This document shows positions 10,501 to 20,547 of a stretch of DNA of 64,000 nucleotides, one piece after another. A program made the position numbers and the translations under genes. Position 1 is the first letter of the stretch, and each line of letters starts with the position of its first letter. The DNA comes from a virus. Its lineage: Duplodnaviria; Caudoviricetes. The notes beneath the pieces are model-generated. The model searched no databases, had not been told where the DNA came from, and saw only the letters and a list, made by a program, of their open reading frames with translations. The stretch spans positions 20,634-84,633 of the IMG/VR virus record IMGVR_UViG_3300021387_001083. One strand, given 5' to 3'.

Positions 10501-13500
10501 ATGTAAGAATGAACGATCCTGCTGAACAAGCTCCTGCTACAAAACTTGGGACCGACTTGCCTGAAAATGAGTTAGATACTCCAATTGCTCCAATATCTTC
10601 TGAGTCTTTGAAAGAAGCCAATGAAGTTCCTCCGACTACAACTGAACAAACCCCTGGTAACAGCGGTGACAAGAAAAGAACCTTAATGAACACTATTCCT
10701 TTCTATGACCCGGAAGCAAAGAAAAAACAAGACTACAGACCTTTCTGGGAAGTTGATATGGAAAGAGAACTGCAGGGTTTAAGGATGTCAGATGAAGCTG
10801 TAAAGACTTATATTGACAATATAAAATCTACAGGCTGGAAACATATTCCTCCTACAGAGACTCCCGAATATATAGCTACAATAACACCAACTGAAGAAAA
10901 TATAAACAATGGCACTTATAGAGGTTATTATGATATATGGAATTTCCTTGAAGAGCACGGTGCATTTAGATATGTAGATCAAGGTTTACTTGAACATGGA
11001 GACAAAATACAATTTGCAAAAGTACCAAGTATTTCTGACAATGTGTTGTTCTTCGTAAAGAAATTAAACGATGATTCTTTTCAAATAATAGGAGTGGTAT
11101 CTGCAAGAAACGATGTTATCGGTATACAAGAGCTTAGAAATATATTGAAAAATTCTAAATCAAGTAACATAGGTATTCAATATAAAACAAACGATGGTTC
11201 TGTATCTACTGAAAAACGTAATGAGGTTGTTGATGTATACGATGTTGAAACTACTGTTATGGACATTTATAACGGTAACGTGCCTATTATCGATGAAGAA
11301 AGATCCTTAAAGGATATACCTAATGGTAGAGATGTTAAAATAGCTGTCATAAAAAATGGTTCATTTACTGGTCAAGATATTGAAGGACTTCCTATAGAAC
11401 CTGTCAATACAACCAATATGGAAGGCTATATTGTTGCTTTAGTTCCTACTGCAGCAAATACTTATTTTCCTGTTACTTTAAGAACAGCACCTGTTTCACA
11501 GACTTTATTTACTGACGACAATGAGTTTGCTAAAGAAATTCAAGAAACTGTAAAAGAACTTAATAAAGCAACAACTGTAGAAGTTGCTAGTAATCTAATG
11601 GTAGAGTTAAGAAAATCGTTGTATTTTGATGATGATTTAAAATATGAATATTATTTTAGAGACTCTAAAGGTGTTACACACCAAACGAAAGACAAAAACG
11701 ATACTATTACAACGATAGGTTTTGGTAGTAAGAAACAAGATGCTGAAAACAATAGGATAAGAGAAGAAAATAAGAATCGTCCTGAAGATCAACAAGTACC
11801 TACCAAAAGTTCAATGGAATATGTAGATATTGATCGACATGACGAAACTAGTTTAAAAAAACTACAGGAATATATATTAAGTAAAGTTGTATATTATAAT
11901 GTTACACCAAGAAATCTTAACGACCCGAAATACAACAACAAACTTATAAACAGCGATATTTTAACTACTAACGTCGAAAGCCTTGAAGTTAGAAGCAGTT
12001 GGTTTGGTGCAAACTATTATGATCCAAATACAAAAAAGTTTGTACAAGCTGTGAGATTTCCGTCACCAATAAGAGGACAAGCTACACCTGTTGGTGGTGT
12101 TAATAATGAAAATCTTAAAGTCGTCATAAAAGGTAAAAACAACAAAGGCACAAATTTTACTTGGTATGTCGATGAAACTAATGGTAAAAGAATATATTAT
12201 CGTAAATCAGCAGATTCTAAAGATTTTAAGTTAATTAATGATAATGGAGCTATTAATAACTTAAATAATGTTTTATATATTAAAAGACGATTCATACCAC
12301 AGGAAGTAGAACGTTTTAAAACAGACGATAAAATTGATAGAGCTGGCCTTTCAAAACGTTATTCTAATTACATATATTTTCAAGATCAAAACGACAAAAA
12401 TATTTTTCATGACTATTATGTGTATCCCAGATTTGGAAATGAATATGGTATTTTTAAAATTGATCTTAATAATCCAGACAATATATCGTTTATTATTAGA
12501 CAAAATAACTCTGACGAATATACAAATGTTTTGCAACAATATCTAGCCAAACGTTATATTCCTAAACAAGAAGCTGTTAAAGAAGTTGCTAAACCTACTG
12601 TTGGCGTATCTAAAGATATCGGTACATCATTAGCTGAAAATTGGAATGGTAGAGTCGATATAGATAAAACTGAAGATGCTGATGATGTATTAAAAAGTTT
12701 AAATATTAAACTCAATCCAGAACCAATCACACTATTTTGGTATTCTAAAAAAGATATAGTGACAAAAACTAAAGGTTATAAACTGCCAGGTAAGGATTTG
12801 TTTGTTGTTTTTGATGATAAAACTAATTTTGTCGTAAATGAAAATCAATCGGGTGATCTTAATGTAGCTTCATACAGAATTATTTCAAAAAATGGTTATT
12901 CTATACGCAAACAAGATGTAGATAAGCGAGATATCAAGATAACGCCCACATCTATTGAACGTATGCTTAGAAAAATAAGCGAAGATCTTACAGAAAACCA
13001 AGAAAAAATACTTAATGGTTATGAAGGTTTAAATAAAATCGTTCAAACTGTTACTCCATTACCTACAGAAACTGAACAATACACTAAAGTAAAAGATGTT
13101 TTAAAGACTAATTCTGAGCGTTTCAAAAATGAAAAAGGAGAAGTCAACAGAACATCCGGTCAGTATCAAACTAAAGATGGAGAATTATATTTAAGATTCC
13201 ATGCTTTATCTGATAAAGGAAATGGTAGTTTTGAAACACCTTCCGATAAAGTAGAAAGTATTCCTCCAAATGAGCCAATAAAAAGAGGTATTGCATTTGA
13301 TACTTTTATGAGGGAATACCTTTCTTCGAAAGATTTTGACAAAGCAAAGGTTGAACTTGGCAAACTTGTTTCTGCTGATAAAGATTATACTTTAAGTGAT
13401 GAAGAACTTAATAATATAAAGACTTTTGTTGAAGAACAGCTTAAAGATTATAATATTATATCAAAAGATCTTATTGTTTCAGGTACTTTCAATAACTTGC

Positions 13501-16250
13501 GTATCGCTGGTGAAATGGATTGCATTCTTGAAAAAGATGGTAGATTTTATATAGTTGATTTTAAAGCTAGTAAAAATGATCCATCAAAAGATGCATTTTA
13601 CAAAACACAGCTAGCGTTCTATAAAGAAGCTTTACGTCAAATTCTTTCTGAAAATAATATAAATGATGTGCCTATAGAAACTCTCGGTTTTATATGGTTA
13701 TCTTCTACTTCGAAAAATGTATCATTAAAAACCACAGGTGATCTTGCGTTAAATCAACAAGTGTTAGGACCTTGGGCTGTTACTAAAGATGGTGTAACTC
13801 AATCTGTTGCAAACACTTATAATTGGGATGCTAGAATAAATAAGAAATATAACATAGAGGCTGATAACAATACTGGCACTGTTATTAAAACAGAATCTGA
13901 CGATGAAGGCATTGACTTTGATGATGACACTGATTCTGGTATGTTTAATTTAAATAATATGCCAGCCAGCAATGAAAGAAACAAACTTGTATCTGATGAA
14001 TCTAGTTATACTGCTGCAGATATCAACAAAGAAGTTGAATGGATAAATCAAGTTTTACCACAACTTTCAAGGAATGAACAACTCATGATTGTTGATGGTC
14101 TTATAAAAACATCTAAACGTGGTGTTTATGCTTATGGCCAGCTTAAAAACAATGTTATAAAATTGTCAAGACAAGGCGTCAGAGGTATTGGTTTCCACGA
14201 AGTATTTCATTATATGTTTAATCTTGTTTTGAGTAATGAAGAACAAAATGAAATCTTCAGAGAAGCTTCTAAGAAATGGAACAATATTACCAATCCTATA
14301 GATTTAGAAGAAAAACTTGCAGACGCTTTTCAAGATTATGCTATCGACCAAGTTTATGGTGGCAGAGGTATTTTACCGGCAATGAAAAGATTCTTTAACA
14401 AACTTCTCTTGTGGATAAAACATGGTAAGACTATTGTACAACAGATGGACAATCTTTATAAAGACTTGAATGCTGGCAGATATATTGATGCTGAGGAACA
14501 TCCTTTTGAAGGCGTTCGTTATCAAAAATATACATTTGAAATGCAACAAATAAAAGACCAAGCTATTGCTAATGGTACTTTTATGAAAGCTCCTAATGGT
14601 AAACCTACTAATCTTAATGAAAGACAATGGTTACAAGTTAGAACTAAAGCTTTTAAAAAATGGTTTGGCGATTGGGAAAGTGTTGCTGCTAGAATAGCTA
14701 ATGCTAAAGTTATTTGGGGTCATCCTGGTATAGGTAAAACAGAATACTATAAAAATAACAAAAATGTTATAGATTTTGATAGTGTTTATAAACCTAGAAT
14801 CAATAAAGAATTAGGACTTCCTGAAGGTGCTGAAGAACGTAAAAAATGGAGACGTGAGCATAGAGATGAATATAGGCAAAAGATTCTTTCTTTATTTGAT
14901 GAGGCTGTAGAGGATGCTAAGAAGCAGGGTAAACAACTATTAGTATCTGATATGGTTGTATTACAAGAAAGAGAAGATACTTTAGACCTTATTACTCAAA
15001 TGTCTGAAGATACTTTTGCTAAAAGAAGCATGCAACGTAATGAACCTTATGATGATAATAGAAAACTTTGGAAAACTGATATAGACGAAAGTATATCTAA
15101 AGTATATGATAAATCTAAAGTAGTTAATACAGAAAAGTATCTTTCTGAACTTTATGAAGATGCTAAAAATGTTTCTAAAGTAGTAGATGAAAATGGTGAA
15201 CCTTTAGTAGTTTATCATGGTACAACAGTTCCATTTACAACTTTTGATAAATCTAAACAAAATAGTAGATTTCCTTTTGGTTTAGGTACAAATGCTTTTT
15301 ATTTTACTTCTAAAAAAGAAAATGCTGAAAAAATAGCTATAGGTGTTCATAAAGGAGATTTTCTTATAAATAGTAAACCTTTATATAGCTCAGAATATCC
15401 TTGGGGGAATCCAAAATATATTAGTGAAGTTGTTGGATATAAAGTTGCTTCTGATTTTAAAAGTTTGATAGAAGGTGCAAAAGATTTGTATTCAAAAGAG
15501 GTAATAGAAGACTATTTTAATAAAATAAATAAACCTAATACTACTATTCAAGAAATACAAGAAAGTTCTGATAACGTTATGGCTGTATTTTTAAATATAA
15601 AAAATATGGACATAAAAGATTACGAAGGAAAGAATCTTATGGATACTTCTTCAAAAGAATTTGATTCTTTTGTAAATAATAGTAAAGAAGGTGGTAAATT
15701 AGCTAATGTTAAAGATGGTAATATGAAATTAGCTGATACTTATTTTGTTAAAGAACCAAATCAAATTAAATCAGCTACTGATAATGTAGGTACTTTTGAT
15801 CCAAACAATCCTGATATCAGATATTCTTTAGTCGATGATGTAGATCATGTAGGAAGACCTTTAACACCAAAAGCTTATCAACCTATGATTGATAATATGG
15901 TAAACAATCTGCAATATGGTACAGATACCAATATTGATAATCAGTGGGGTTTGTTTGTTGATGATTACTTTAGAAAATTCGGCATTGTAATTACTGGTCA
16001 TAAAGTTAGAGGCAAATACAAAGTTGACAGTGTCACAAGAGGTTTTGTAGCACCTGAAGCAACTTCAATTCAAAATGAAGATGGCACGATTAAATCTTTA
16101 AAAGAACTTAAAAATTCATCTGAATTTAGAAATGATTGGAACAATCTAACTGAATGGCAACAAACAGCTCTTGAAAATTCAGGTATGAATGAAGAGTTTT
16201 GGATAACTCTACCTAACGACATCAGAGATAACATATTACATTGCTTATAA
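7521..16250 (+). CDS. Giant polyvalent virion/ejection protein: N-terminal hydrophobic helices, PD-(D/E)xK nuclease, zincin HExxH, ART-like module with nested P-loop domain
   Basis: 2909 aa. GEMDCILEKDGRFYIVDFKAS (~13509-13570), FHEVFHY (HExxH 14196-14210), KAPNGKPTNLNERQWLQVRT..WFGDWE, GHPGIGKT (14718-14741), SKVVDENGEPLVVYHGT...FYFT...NQIKSATDNVGTFD. Confidence 0.7.
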   Translation: MATLTGLNTQQGQNREAGRVNGQPLPDNPTIKNIRPITFGEAQQMMWSPRGIKNLTTIELPEDYGESRFDKRAWAPSQLYDLNELRAQEQTGAEKLFNGIAKGAVLFGTTFVTGVAELPVALATSLERGDWSGMWDNAITQMAYDVSQSVENVLPNYYTSREQTDPWYQHIWSANFIGDKFLKNLGFTAGAIASSAVTNNWMNALKIPQVMATILRSQKAGRFASAAIGSALQAYTESSIEAKQGMEDFVKTKGQLLDAEHERRLQEIEMMFPLQGENVVNVNTDKQALIDEENQAYVNAKTRLAMDSSKVGNFVLRNEMPLLFASSLFQFGRMYANGFGTARHINNAVRKSATEYGLRNIPGAGLAKGVGNAFMEGSEEFNQSMIQNIAANYYKEDVDNFYNASLDPTLTENTVDFMRSAGRSISDTWNDSSAWEEGFIGALTGGLGMVRIGKNAQNADVKLGKIGLDGGIIGDIAQARKERVRQQNIIDQVNSILGSKKISAMVRGANRNQMEQNRMDFAAMQGDAKTFKDAEFSQMISDIITIDQVDGLQDYKAMISSVLSDEALADPKYLQDLIQSTEKDINGKKEGPFAGMDNAEIVERLKKTRETLLDAVDKYKKIKDKIDINTEGVFSEEQLGTLTWMRAKLANWDERQKTMTGELVEDLKKLKDVADKKNLEIPELVVKEMGKVDAAQMASDILAASISEQGLKSIPLSGTIDDLINSISNLKTRAGSFFDADVDVKNNVKVHDALANWINSVGVIMGADTTVDIKETIQKMKDLAAIHEDVVKYNIQLADYLEHPERLAEDMSKQEKKAAKKQRKKENKKTVDAYNNADTKEDKDEVYDNADDSGKAAIDKDHKNDPEYQFDKHKKEFRDAVAKSIDEQDDIDGSVKAAAKEAYDAVVENTNTSNSDNLYYPYRALAEYREPLRTDIALSGDDNAIAEFDTQNNWVDFVIDRAIHKIYDSNNFKDSFRTYEAPASAVQPARDDVYVRMNDPAEQAPATKLGTDLPENELDTPIAPISSESLKEANEVPPTTTEQTPGNSGDKKRTLMNTIPFYDPEAKKKQDYRPFWEVDMERELQGLRMSDEAVKTYIDNIKSTGWKHIPPTETPEYIATITPTEENINNGTYRGYYDIWNFLEEHGAFRYVDQGLLEHGDKIQFAKVPSISDNVLFFVKKLNDDSFQIIGVVSARNDVIGIQELRNILKNSKSSNIGIQYKTNDGSVSTEKRNEVVDVYDVETTVMDIYNGNVPIIDEERSLKDIPNGRDVKIAVIKNGSFTGQDIEGLPIEPVNTTNMEGYIVALVPTAANTYFPVTLRTAPVSQTLFTDDNEFAKEIQETVKELNKATTVEVASNLMVELRKSLYFDDDLKYEYYFRDSKGVTHQTKDKNDTITTIGFGSKKQDAENNRIREENKNRPEDQQVPTKSSMEYVDIDRHDETSLKKLQEYILSKVVYYNVTPRNLNDPKYNNKLINSDILTTNVESLEVRSSWFGANYYDPNTKKFVQAVRFPSPIRGQATPVGGVNNENLKVVIKGKNNKGTNFTWYVDETNGKRIYYRKSADSKDFKLINDNGAINNLNNVLYIKRRFIPQEVERFKTDDKIDRAGLSKRYSNYIYFQDQNDKNIFHDYYVYPRFGNEYGIFKIDLNNPDNISFIIRQNNSDEYTNVLQQYLAKRYIPKQEAVKEVAKPTVGVSKDIGTSLAENWNGRVDIDKTEDADDVLKSLNIKLNPEPITLFWYSKKDIVTKTKGYKLPGKDLFVVFDDKTNFVVNENQSGDLNVASYRIISKNGYSIRKQDVDKRDIKITPTSIERMLRKISEDLTENQEKILNGYEGLNKIVQTVTPLPTETEQYTKVKDVLKTNSERFKNEKGEVNRTSGQYQTKDGELYLRFHALSDKGNGSFETPSDKVESIPPNEPIKRGIAFDTFMREYLSSKDFDKAKVELGKLVSADKDYTLSDEELNNIKTFVEEQLKDYNIISKDLIVSGTFNNLRIAGEMDCILEKDGRFYIVDFKASKNDPSKDAFYKTQLAFYKEALRQILSENNINDVPIETLGFIWLSSTSKNVSLKTTGDLALNQQVLGPWAVTKDGVTQSVANTYNWDARINKKYNIEADNNTGTVIKTESDDEGIDFDDDTDSGMFNLNNMPASNERNKLVSDESSYTAADINKEVEWINQVLPQLSRNEQLMIVDGLIKTSKRGVYAYGQLKNNVIKLSRQGVRGIGFHEVFHYMFNLVLSNEEQNEIFREASKKWNNITNPIDLEEKLADAFQDYAIDQVYGGRGILPAMKRFFNKLLLWIKHGKTIVQQMDNLYKDLNAGRYIDAEEHPFEGVRYQKYTFEMQQIKDQAIANGTFMKAPNGKPTNLNERQWLQVRTKAFKKWFGDWESVAARIANAKVIWGHPGIGKTEYYKNNKNVIDFDSVYKPRINKELGLPEGAEERKKWRREHRDEYRQKILSLFDEAVEDAKKQGKQLLVSDMVVLQEREDTLDLITQMSEDTFAKRSMQRNEPYDDNRKLWKTDIDESISKVYDKSKVVNTEKYLSELYEDAKNVSKVVDENGEPLVVYHGTTVPFTTFDKSKQNSRFPFGLGTNAFYFTSKKENAEKIAIGVHKGDFLINSKPLYSSEYPWGNPKYISEVVGYKVASDFKSLIEGAKDLYSKEVIEDYFNKINKPNTTIQEIQESSDNVMAVFLNIKNMDIKDYEGKNLMDTSSKEFDSFVNNSKEGGKLANVKDGNMKLADTYFVKEPNQIKSATDNVGTFDPNNPDIRYSLVDDVDHVGRPLTPKAYQPMIDNMVNNLQYGTDTNIDNQWGLFVDDYFRKFGIVITGHKVRGKYKVDSVTRGFVAPEATSIQNEDGTIKSLKELKNSSEFRNDWNNLTEWQQTALENSGMNEEFWITLPNDIRDNILHCL

Positions 16251-16253
16251 AAG

Positions 16254-16283
16254 AAAAGGGAGCCATAACGGTTCCCTTTTTTT
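16254..16283. terminator. Intrinsic terminator hairpin 1 between convergent genes
   Basis: AAAAGGGAGCC-ATAAC-GGTTCCCTTTT with A-run before and T-run after (bidirectional layout). Confidence 0.8.
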
Positions 16284-16295
16284 AGTATCTGGAAA

Positions 16296-16333
16296 AAATA
16301 AGGGAGGCTCTCTTTCGAGGGTCTCCCTTTATT
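16296..16333. terminator. Intrinsic terminator hairpin 2 between convergent genes
   Basis: ATAAGGGAGGCTCTC-TTTC-GAGGGTCTCCCTTTAT, directly after the stop at 16337 on the - strand. Confidence 0.75.
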
Positions 16334-16336
16334 GTT

Positions 16337-19300
16337 TTATCGTTTGTAAAATGGAATTGTTTCTTCAGGATGCAACATATTATACCAGTCATTATTAAAT
16401 GGAAATAATGGGCTTTGATAAAATATTTTATATGCCTTTGTATGGCCTTTATAACGTCCTGAACGAATCAAATCCTCTTCTTCAGTGGAATAATTGGCAG
16501 GATTCAATAGTTTGAATGTATCTATAATACCTTGCCATGTTCTTACATCTGCTGTAGGTGATTGAATGATTTTAAACAGTTCATTTGGCAATAACAATGT
16601 AGGTGTAATGGCACCAATTTCAGTTCTCATTCTACGTAATTGGTATTCCATCATTTTTATTGCCCAAGGTCTATCTTTATCGTCATCCCAGTCAATAAGT
16701 ATAAGTGCAAGTACTATAGCACCAAGTGTTGCCATTTCTGTTGCAGCACGTCTTACATTAGCTTTTTCTACATCTGTAAGTTCGTCTTTAAAAAGTTCCC
16801 AGTTAAACTCGCCATTTCTTATATCACGATATATTTGACCAAACAATCTGCCGACAGTATGATAATATCCCTCAGTCCATTCGTCAAGATCAAAATTATA
16901 GTCTATACCGCGATATCTTCTGTTTACTGCAGGAACTATCCATTTACGGAAAATCATCGCCATACGGCCTATTGCAGTGCGTTGAAATGCGTTCATATCC
17001 TCAGTATTGTATATACCGTGCAGTCTATGGTTTATTTCACTTACTTTCCTTGAAAAATAATTCGTGAATTCCTCTTGTGAAACTTCATTTTCCTTAAGTT
17101 TACCATGAGTTTTAGCTTCTTCTTTGGTTATGATTCTGTTACCATTACGGTCATGCAAACCGGTTTTCATTACAAGTTTGGCACCAAGACCTTGGTCTGT
17201 ATCACCAAGTGTACCGTCTTCTTGTATAAATTTTCTGTCGTATGCTTCAGTGATTAAAACATCATTTCCTTCGATATCTTTGAGAGGTTCAGCATCAACC
17301 AATGAGAAAAATGTTCTATGTTGCATCCAATGTTCACCAGAATTCGTAGTAAAATACAGAAAGTCACTACCGAACATTTTTTGAAACCATTGACGTCTGT
17401 CGAAACGGATATCCCTTATTTTACGGTCATATTCTTGCATGATGTTGTATTCATCATCAAATAATGCCATCATGCTTGTTTTTGCTCTCGAACCTATTTC
17501 AAGCATATAGTCAGGTAAATATTTTGCATAAGCCAAATCACCATGAGCAACATTTCTAGTATTAAAAAATTCCTTGGATTTGGCATCTATATCCATCATT
17601 ATAACACCTTGGTTTATGTTTGCAAAACCTGCTAAGAAATTCAAAGCTAAACCATTAAGTGATGTCAGTTTATTTGATAAATCTGCAAGTTTGGATAAAT
17701 CAAATGTTTGACCGAGAATTGTTATGGTACCTGCGTCAGCAAAATATCGTCCATATACCTGTGCAGAGAAAAAGTCATCTCTTTGTTGTGATATTCTTGT
17801 GCCAGTTTGTTTCAAGGCTTTTTGCTCGAATTCACGTCCCATAAATTTTATTTGTTCAACGATTGGTTTTCCACCTTCGGTCAGTTGAACTTCTTGGTTT
17901 CTGTCAAGAAAATCCCTTGCCACTTCAAGTGCATCAACGATATCATTCATGTTTTTATAGTTCACAGCCATATAAGCATATGCAGACATTGTTGAAACTA
18001 TATCTGTCGATACATCATTTACATTGTCACCTCTTTGTATAAGTCTTCCTGATTTTGTAAATGTGTCTCCTCTGAGTTTTTGGTAATAAATCGGCAATCT
18101 GTTTATTGGCGTACTGTCAAATGTAAGGCGTTTTTTTATGAAAGCGTCCCCATATACAATTTCACCTTCCATACCGAAATCGACATCATCGGAACGTCTT
18201 ATGACTTCATCTTTTAAAGATTCCACTATAGCTATGCCAGCACCTTTGATATTGCCTGCATCCTTAACTCTTTCCACAAGGTCTTTTATAATTACAGGTA
18301 CTGTATGAGTCTGTTGTCTTGTATTGGGTAGCCAGGAATCGAAAAGTTCTTTCATTTCAACCATTGTGTCATAGAATTCTTTCATAGCCTCATTGTTTTG
18401 AATTCTGTCATATTCAGGATTCAAATACATATCTGAAGGAACGTTGTATTTTGTTTTTTTGTCTTTTTGCAAGTGTTTGCTGTTCCATTCCTTTAGAGCG
18501 ACATTTCTTTCTTTTCGTTGTGCTTTTGTCCATTTCGATCTATCTTCGCCGAATCTGTCGTTAAAAGACTGTTCAAATTTGTTTTTGTCTATCCTATATT
18601 GTCCCCAGTTATATCTGCTGACAAAATTCAATGTGAGGTTTCCTTCATTATCTCTTTCAAATACGAATGATTGATCTGTTATGCCAGCTTTTTCCAGTTT
18701 AAGACCTGCAGCTATAAGTTTCTTTTGATAGTCTATTGTTTCAAGTCTTGTTTTTGTATTTTGTTGTTTTACAGCTACTGCAAAAAGCTTGTTCATCCAG
18801 TCACCCGAATTCGTCATACTATTAAGCCATCTGTCAAGGAATGATATATCCGTAACAGCTTCATTGACGAATCTGTCTACAGACATTTTTTCTCCTTTGT
18901 TTTTGCCAAAAGGAACGACAATTTCTTCACCCATAAAAGGTTTCATAAATGCTATGAATAATGGCTTTGCACTTTTGTCGTAAGCGTGTTCAAGTTCACT
19001 TGCAGCAAGAAAAGCACTGTCGACTATTGTCTTTATTTCGCCTTTAAAGAAACCAGTATCTATATTATAGTTGGAATCTGTTGATTCTGCCTCATCATCT
19101 GCAGCATCTTTGATTTCTTTTAGGACATTTGTATAGCTGTTAAGGTAGTTTTTAACCTCTCTAAGCACCTTGCATTTTTCATTTATAGACATATTGGGAT
19201 TGCTTTCAACTTGTTTGATTCTGTCACTAAGGCTTTTGAAAGTGTTTAATGCTTTCTGCACAAACATTGCTATACCCAAAGCTTGTCTTTGTTCATCGGT

Positions 19301-20545
19301 ATTTTGGTATTTCTCCAATTTTGCAATGAATTCTTTTTCTTTGTCTATAAATTTCTTGTTTGCATATGTGTCGTATATTGAAGCTCTCTTTATTTCGGTG
19401 TTTATAATTTTCTGTAAGAGCTTTATATCTCTGTCTACACGTTCATCAAGATGAAACAAAGTTCTATTTACCTTTATAAGGTCAGACTTTAACACATCAG
19501 GATCTGTAAATACACTACTGGAAATTTTTTGGATGCTTGTTAAAGCTTCATCGACTAATTTTTGAATTTCATTTTCATCCAGTCTGGAAAATTTTTGCTT
19601 AAAGACCTTTTTTAGCCTTTCTGAGAGGTTTTTGACGTTATCAGGCACAATTCCTTCACTCTCCAAAAAATATTGTCTTATAAGGCTTGTAATCGCTTCA
19701 TGTGTTAAAGATTCCTTATTCCCATTGTATTTTTCATAATTCAAATCATATTCATCACCAAGAATAGCTTCTTCAAGATTGTTGTTTGAAATTATATTTA
19801 CAAGTCTTTTTGCAAGTTCTTCATTCTTTAAGCATTCGTATACGAAATGCGAGAATTCTTCAGGCAATTGCTGTTCTCCTCTTGAGCCTTTGGCAATCTT
19901 TATTATTGTTTTCAAACCATTAGCACCGTCTACCGCAGCCTTAAAGTCTATTTCGCCTGTTGCCAGTTCGTCTTGCAAATTGTCATAAGCATATACAGAT
20001 ACACCTGCCCTTTGCAATGCAGCTTTTATTTTATTGTTAAGTTCGTATGCTTTTTTAAAATCATCTGCAATTTTTCTTGTTGATTCTGAATAAGGTTCTA
20101 CAGTTATAAACAGTTTGCGTCCTTTTTCGGTAGTAACGTGGTTAAGAATAGCAACGTAATTACCTTTCAAAGAATCATTGTCGTTGAATTTGATTATTTT
20201 TTCAACAGCAGATATATAATTCTCTGTATTGTCGTCAATTTGTCTATCGGTATTTAACTGTTGCTTCAGGTATTTTTGTATGCTTTCTTCATCCAAGTAT
20301 TCTGCTAAATCAGTTTCTCTTAAAAGGTCACCAATATTCGGTTCGCCTTGTTCATTCAGTTCCACTTTCCCTTTCAGCAGTTCAAGATTAGCAGGACTTA
20401 CAAGTTTAAGATATGTATCCACAACCTTGTTTCGTCTGTCTGGAAATTTTTTAGTGAAGGAAAGCAGGTCATTGAATAACCTGCTCTCCTCTTCATTATT
20501 GGTAACAGCATTTGTCACCATCGGTTTAAGATTACATGAAATCAT
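16337..20545 (-). CDS. Large virion protein co-transcribed with the RNA polymerase (crAss-like RNAP-associated cargo protein)
   Basis: 1402 aa, largely helical, starts 2 nt after the RNAP stop. C-terminal HRLHGIYN..D...GRMAMIFRKW segment resembles crAss-like large cargo proteins. Confidence 0.55.
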   Translation of the reverse strand: MISCNLKPMVTNAVTNNEEESRLFNDLLSFTKKFPDRRNKVVDTYLKLVSPANLELLKGKVELNEQGEPNIGDLLRETDLAEYLDEESIQKYLKQQLNTDRQIDDNTENYISAVEKIIKFNDNDSLKGNYVAILNHVTTEKGRKLFITVEPYSESTRKIADDFKKAYELNNKIKAALQRAGVSVYAYDNLQDELATGEIDFKAAVDGANGLKTIIKIAKGSRGEQQLPEEFSHFVYECLKNEELAKRLVNIISNNNLEEAILGDEYDLNYEKYNGNKESLTHEAITSLIRQYFLESEGIVPDNVKNLSERLKKVFKQKFSRLDENEIQKLVDEALTSIQKISSSVFTDPDVLKSDLIKVNRTLFHLDERVDRDIKLLQKIINTEIKRASIYDTYANKKFIDKEKEFIAKLEKYQNTDEQRQALGIAMFVQKALNTFKSLSDRIKQVESNPNMSINEKCKVLREVKNYLNSYTNVLKEIKDAADDEAESTDSNYNIDTGFFKGEIKTIVDSAFLAASELEHAYDKSAKPLFIAFMKPFMGEEIVVPFGKNKGEKMSVDRFVNEAVTDISFLDRWLNSMTNSGDWMNKLFAVAVKQQNTKTRLETIDYQKKLIAAGLKLEKAGITDQSFVFERDNEGNLTLNFVSRYNWGQYRIDKNKFEQSFNDRFGEDRSKWTKAQRKERNVALKEWNSKHLQKDKKTKYNVPSDMYLNPEYDRIQNNEAMKEFYDTMVEMKELFDSWLPNTRQQTHTVPVIIKDLVERVKDAGNIKGAGIAIVESLKDEVIRRSDDVDFGMEGEIVYGDAFIKKRLTFDSTPINRLPIYYQKLRGDTFTKSGRLIQRGDNVNDVSTDIVSTMSAYAYMAVNYKNMNDIVDALEVARDFLDRNQEVQLTEGGKPIVEQIKFMGREFEQKALKQTGTRISQQRDDFFSAQVYGRYFADAGTITILGQTFDLSKLADLSNKLTSLNGLALNFLAGFANINQGVIMMDIDAKSKEFFNTRNVAHGDLAYAKYLPDYMLEIGSRAKTSMMALFDDEYNIMQEYDRKIRDIRFDRRQWFQKMFGSDFLYFTTNSGEHWMQHRTFFSLVDAEPLKDIEGNDVLITEAYDRKFIQEDGTLGDTDQGLGAKLVMKTGLHDRNGNRIITKEEAKTHGKLKENEVSQEEFTNYFSRKVSEINHRLHGIYNTEDMNAFQRTAIGRMAMIFRKWIVPAVNRRYRGIDYNFDLDEWTEGYYHTVGRLFGQIYRDIRNGEFNWELFKDELTDVEKANVRRAATEMATLGAIVLALILIDWDDDKDRPWAIKMMEYQLRRMRTEIGAITPTLLLPNELFKIIQSPTADVRTWQGIIDTFKLLNPANYSTEEEDLIRSGRYKGHTKAYKIFYQSPLFPFNNDWYNMLHPEETIPFYKR

Positions 20546-20547
20546 GA

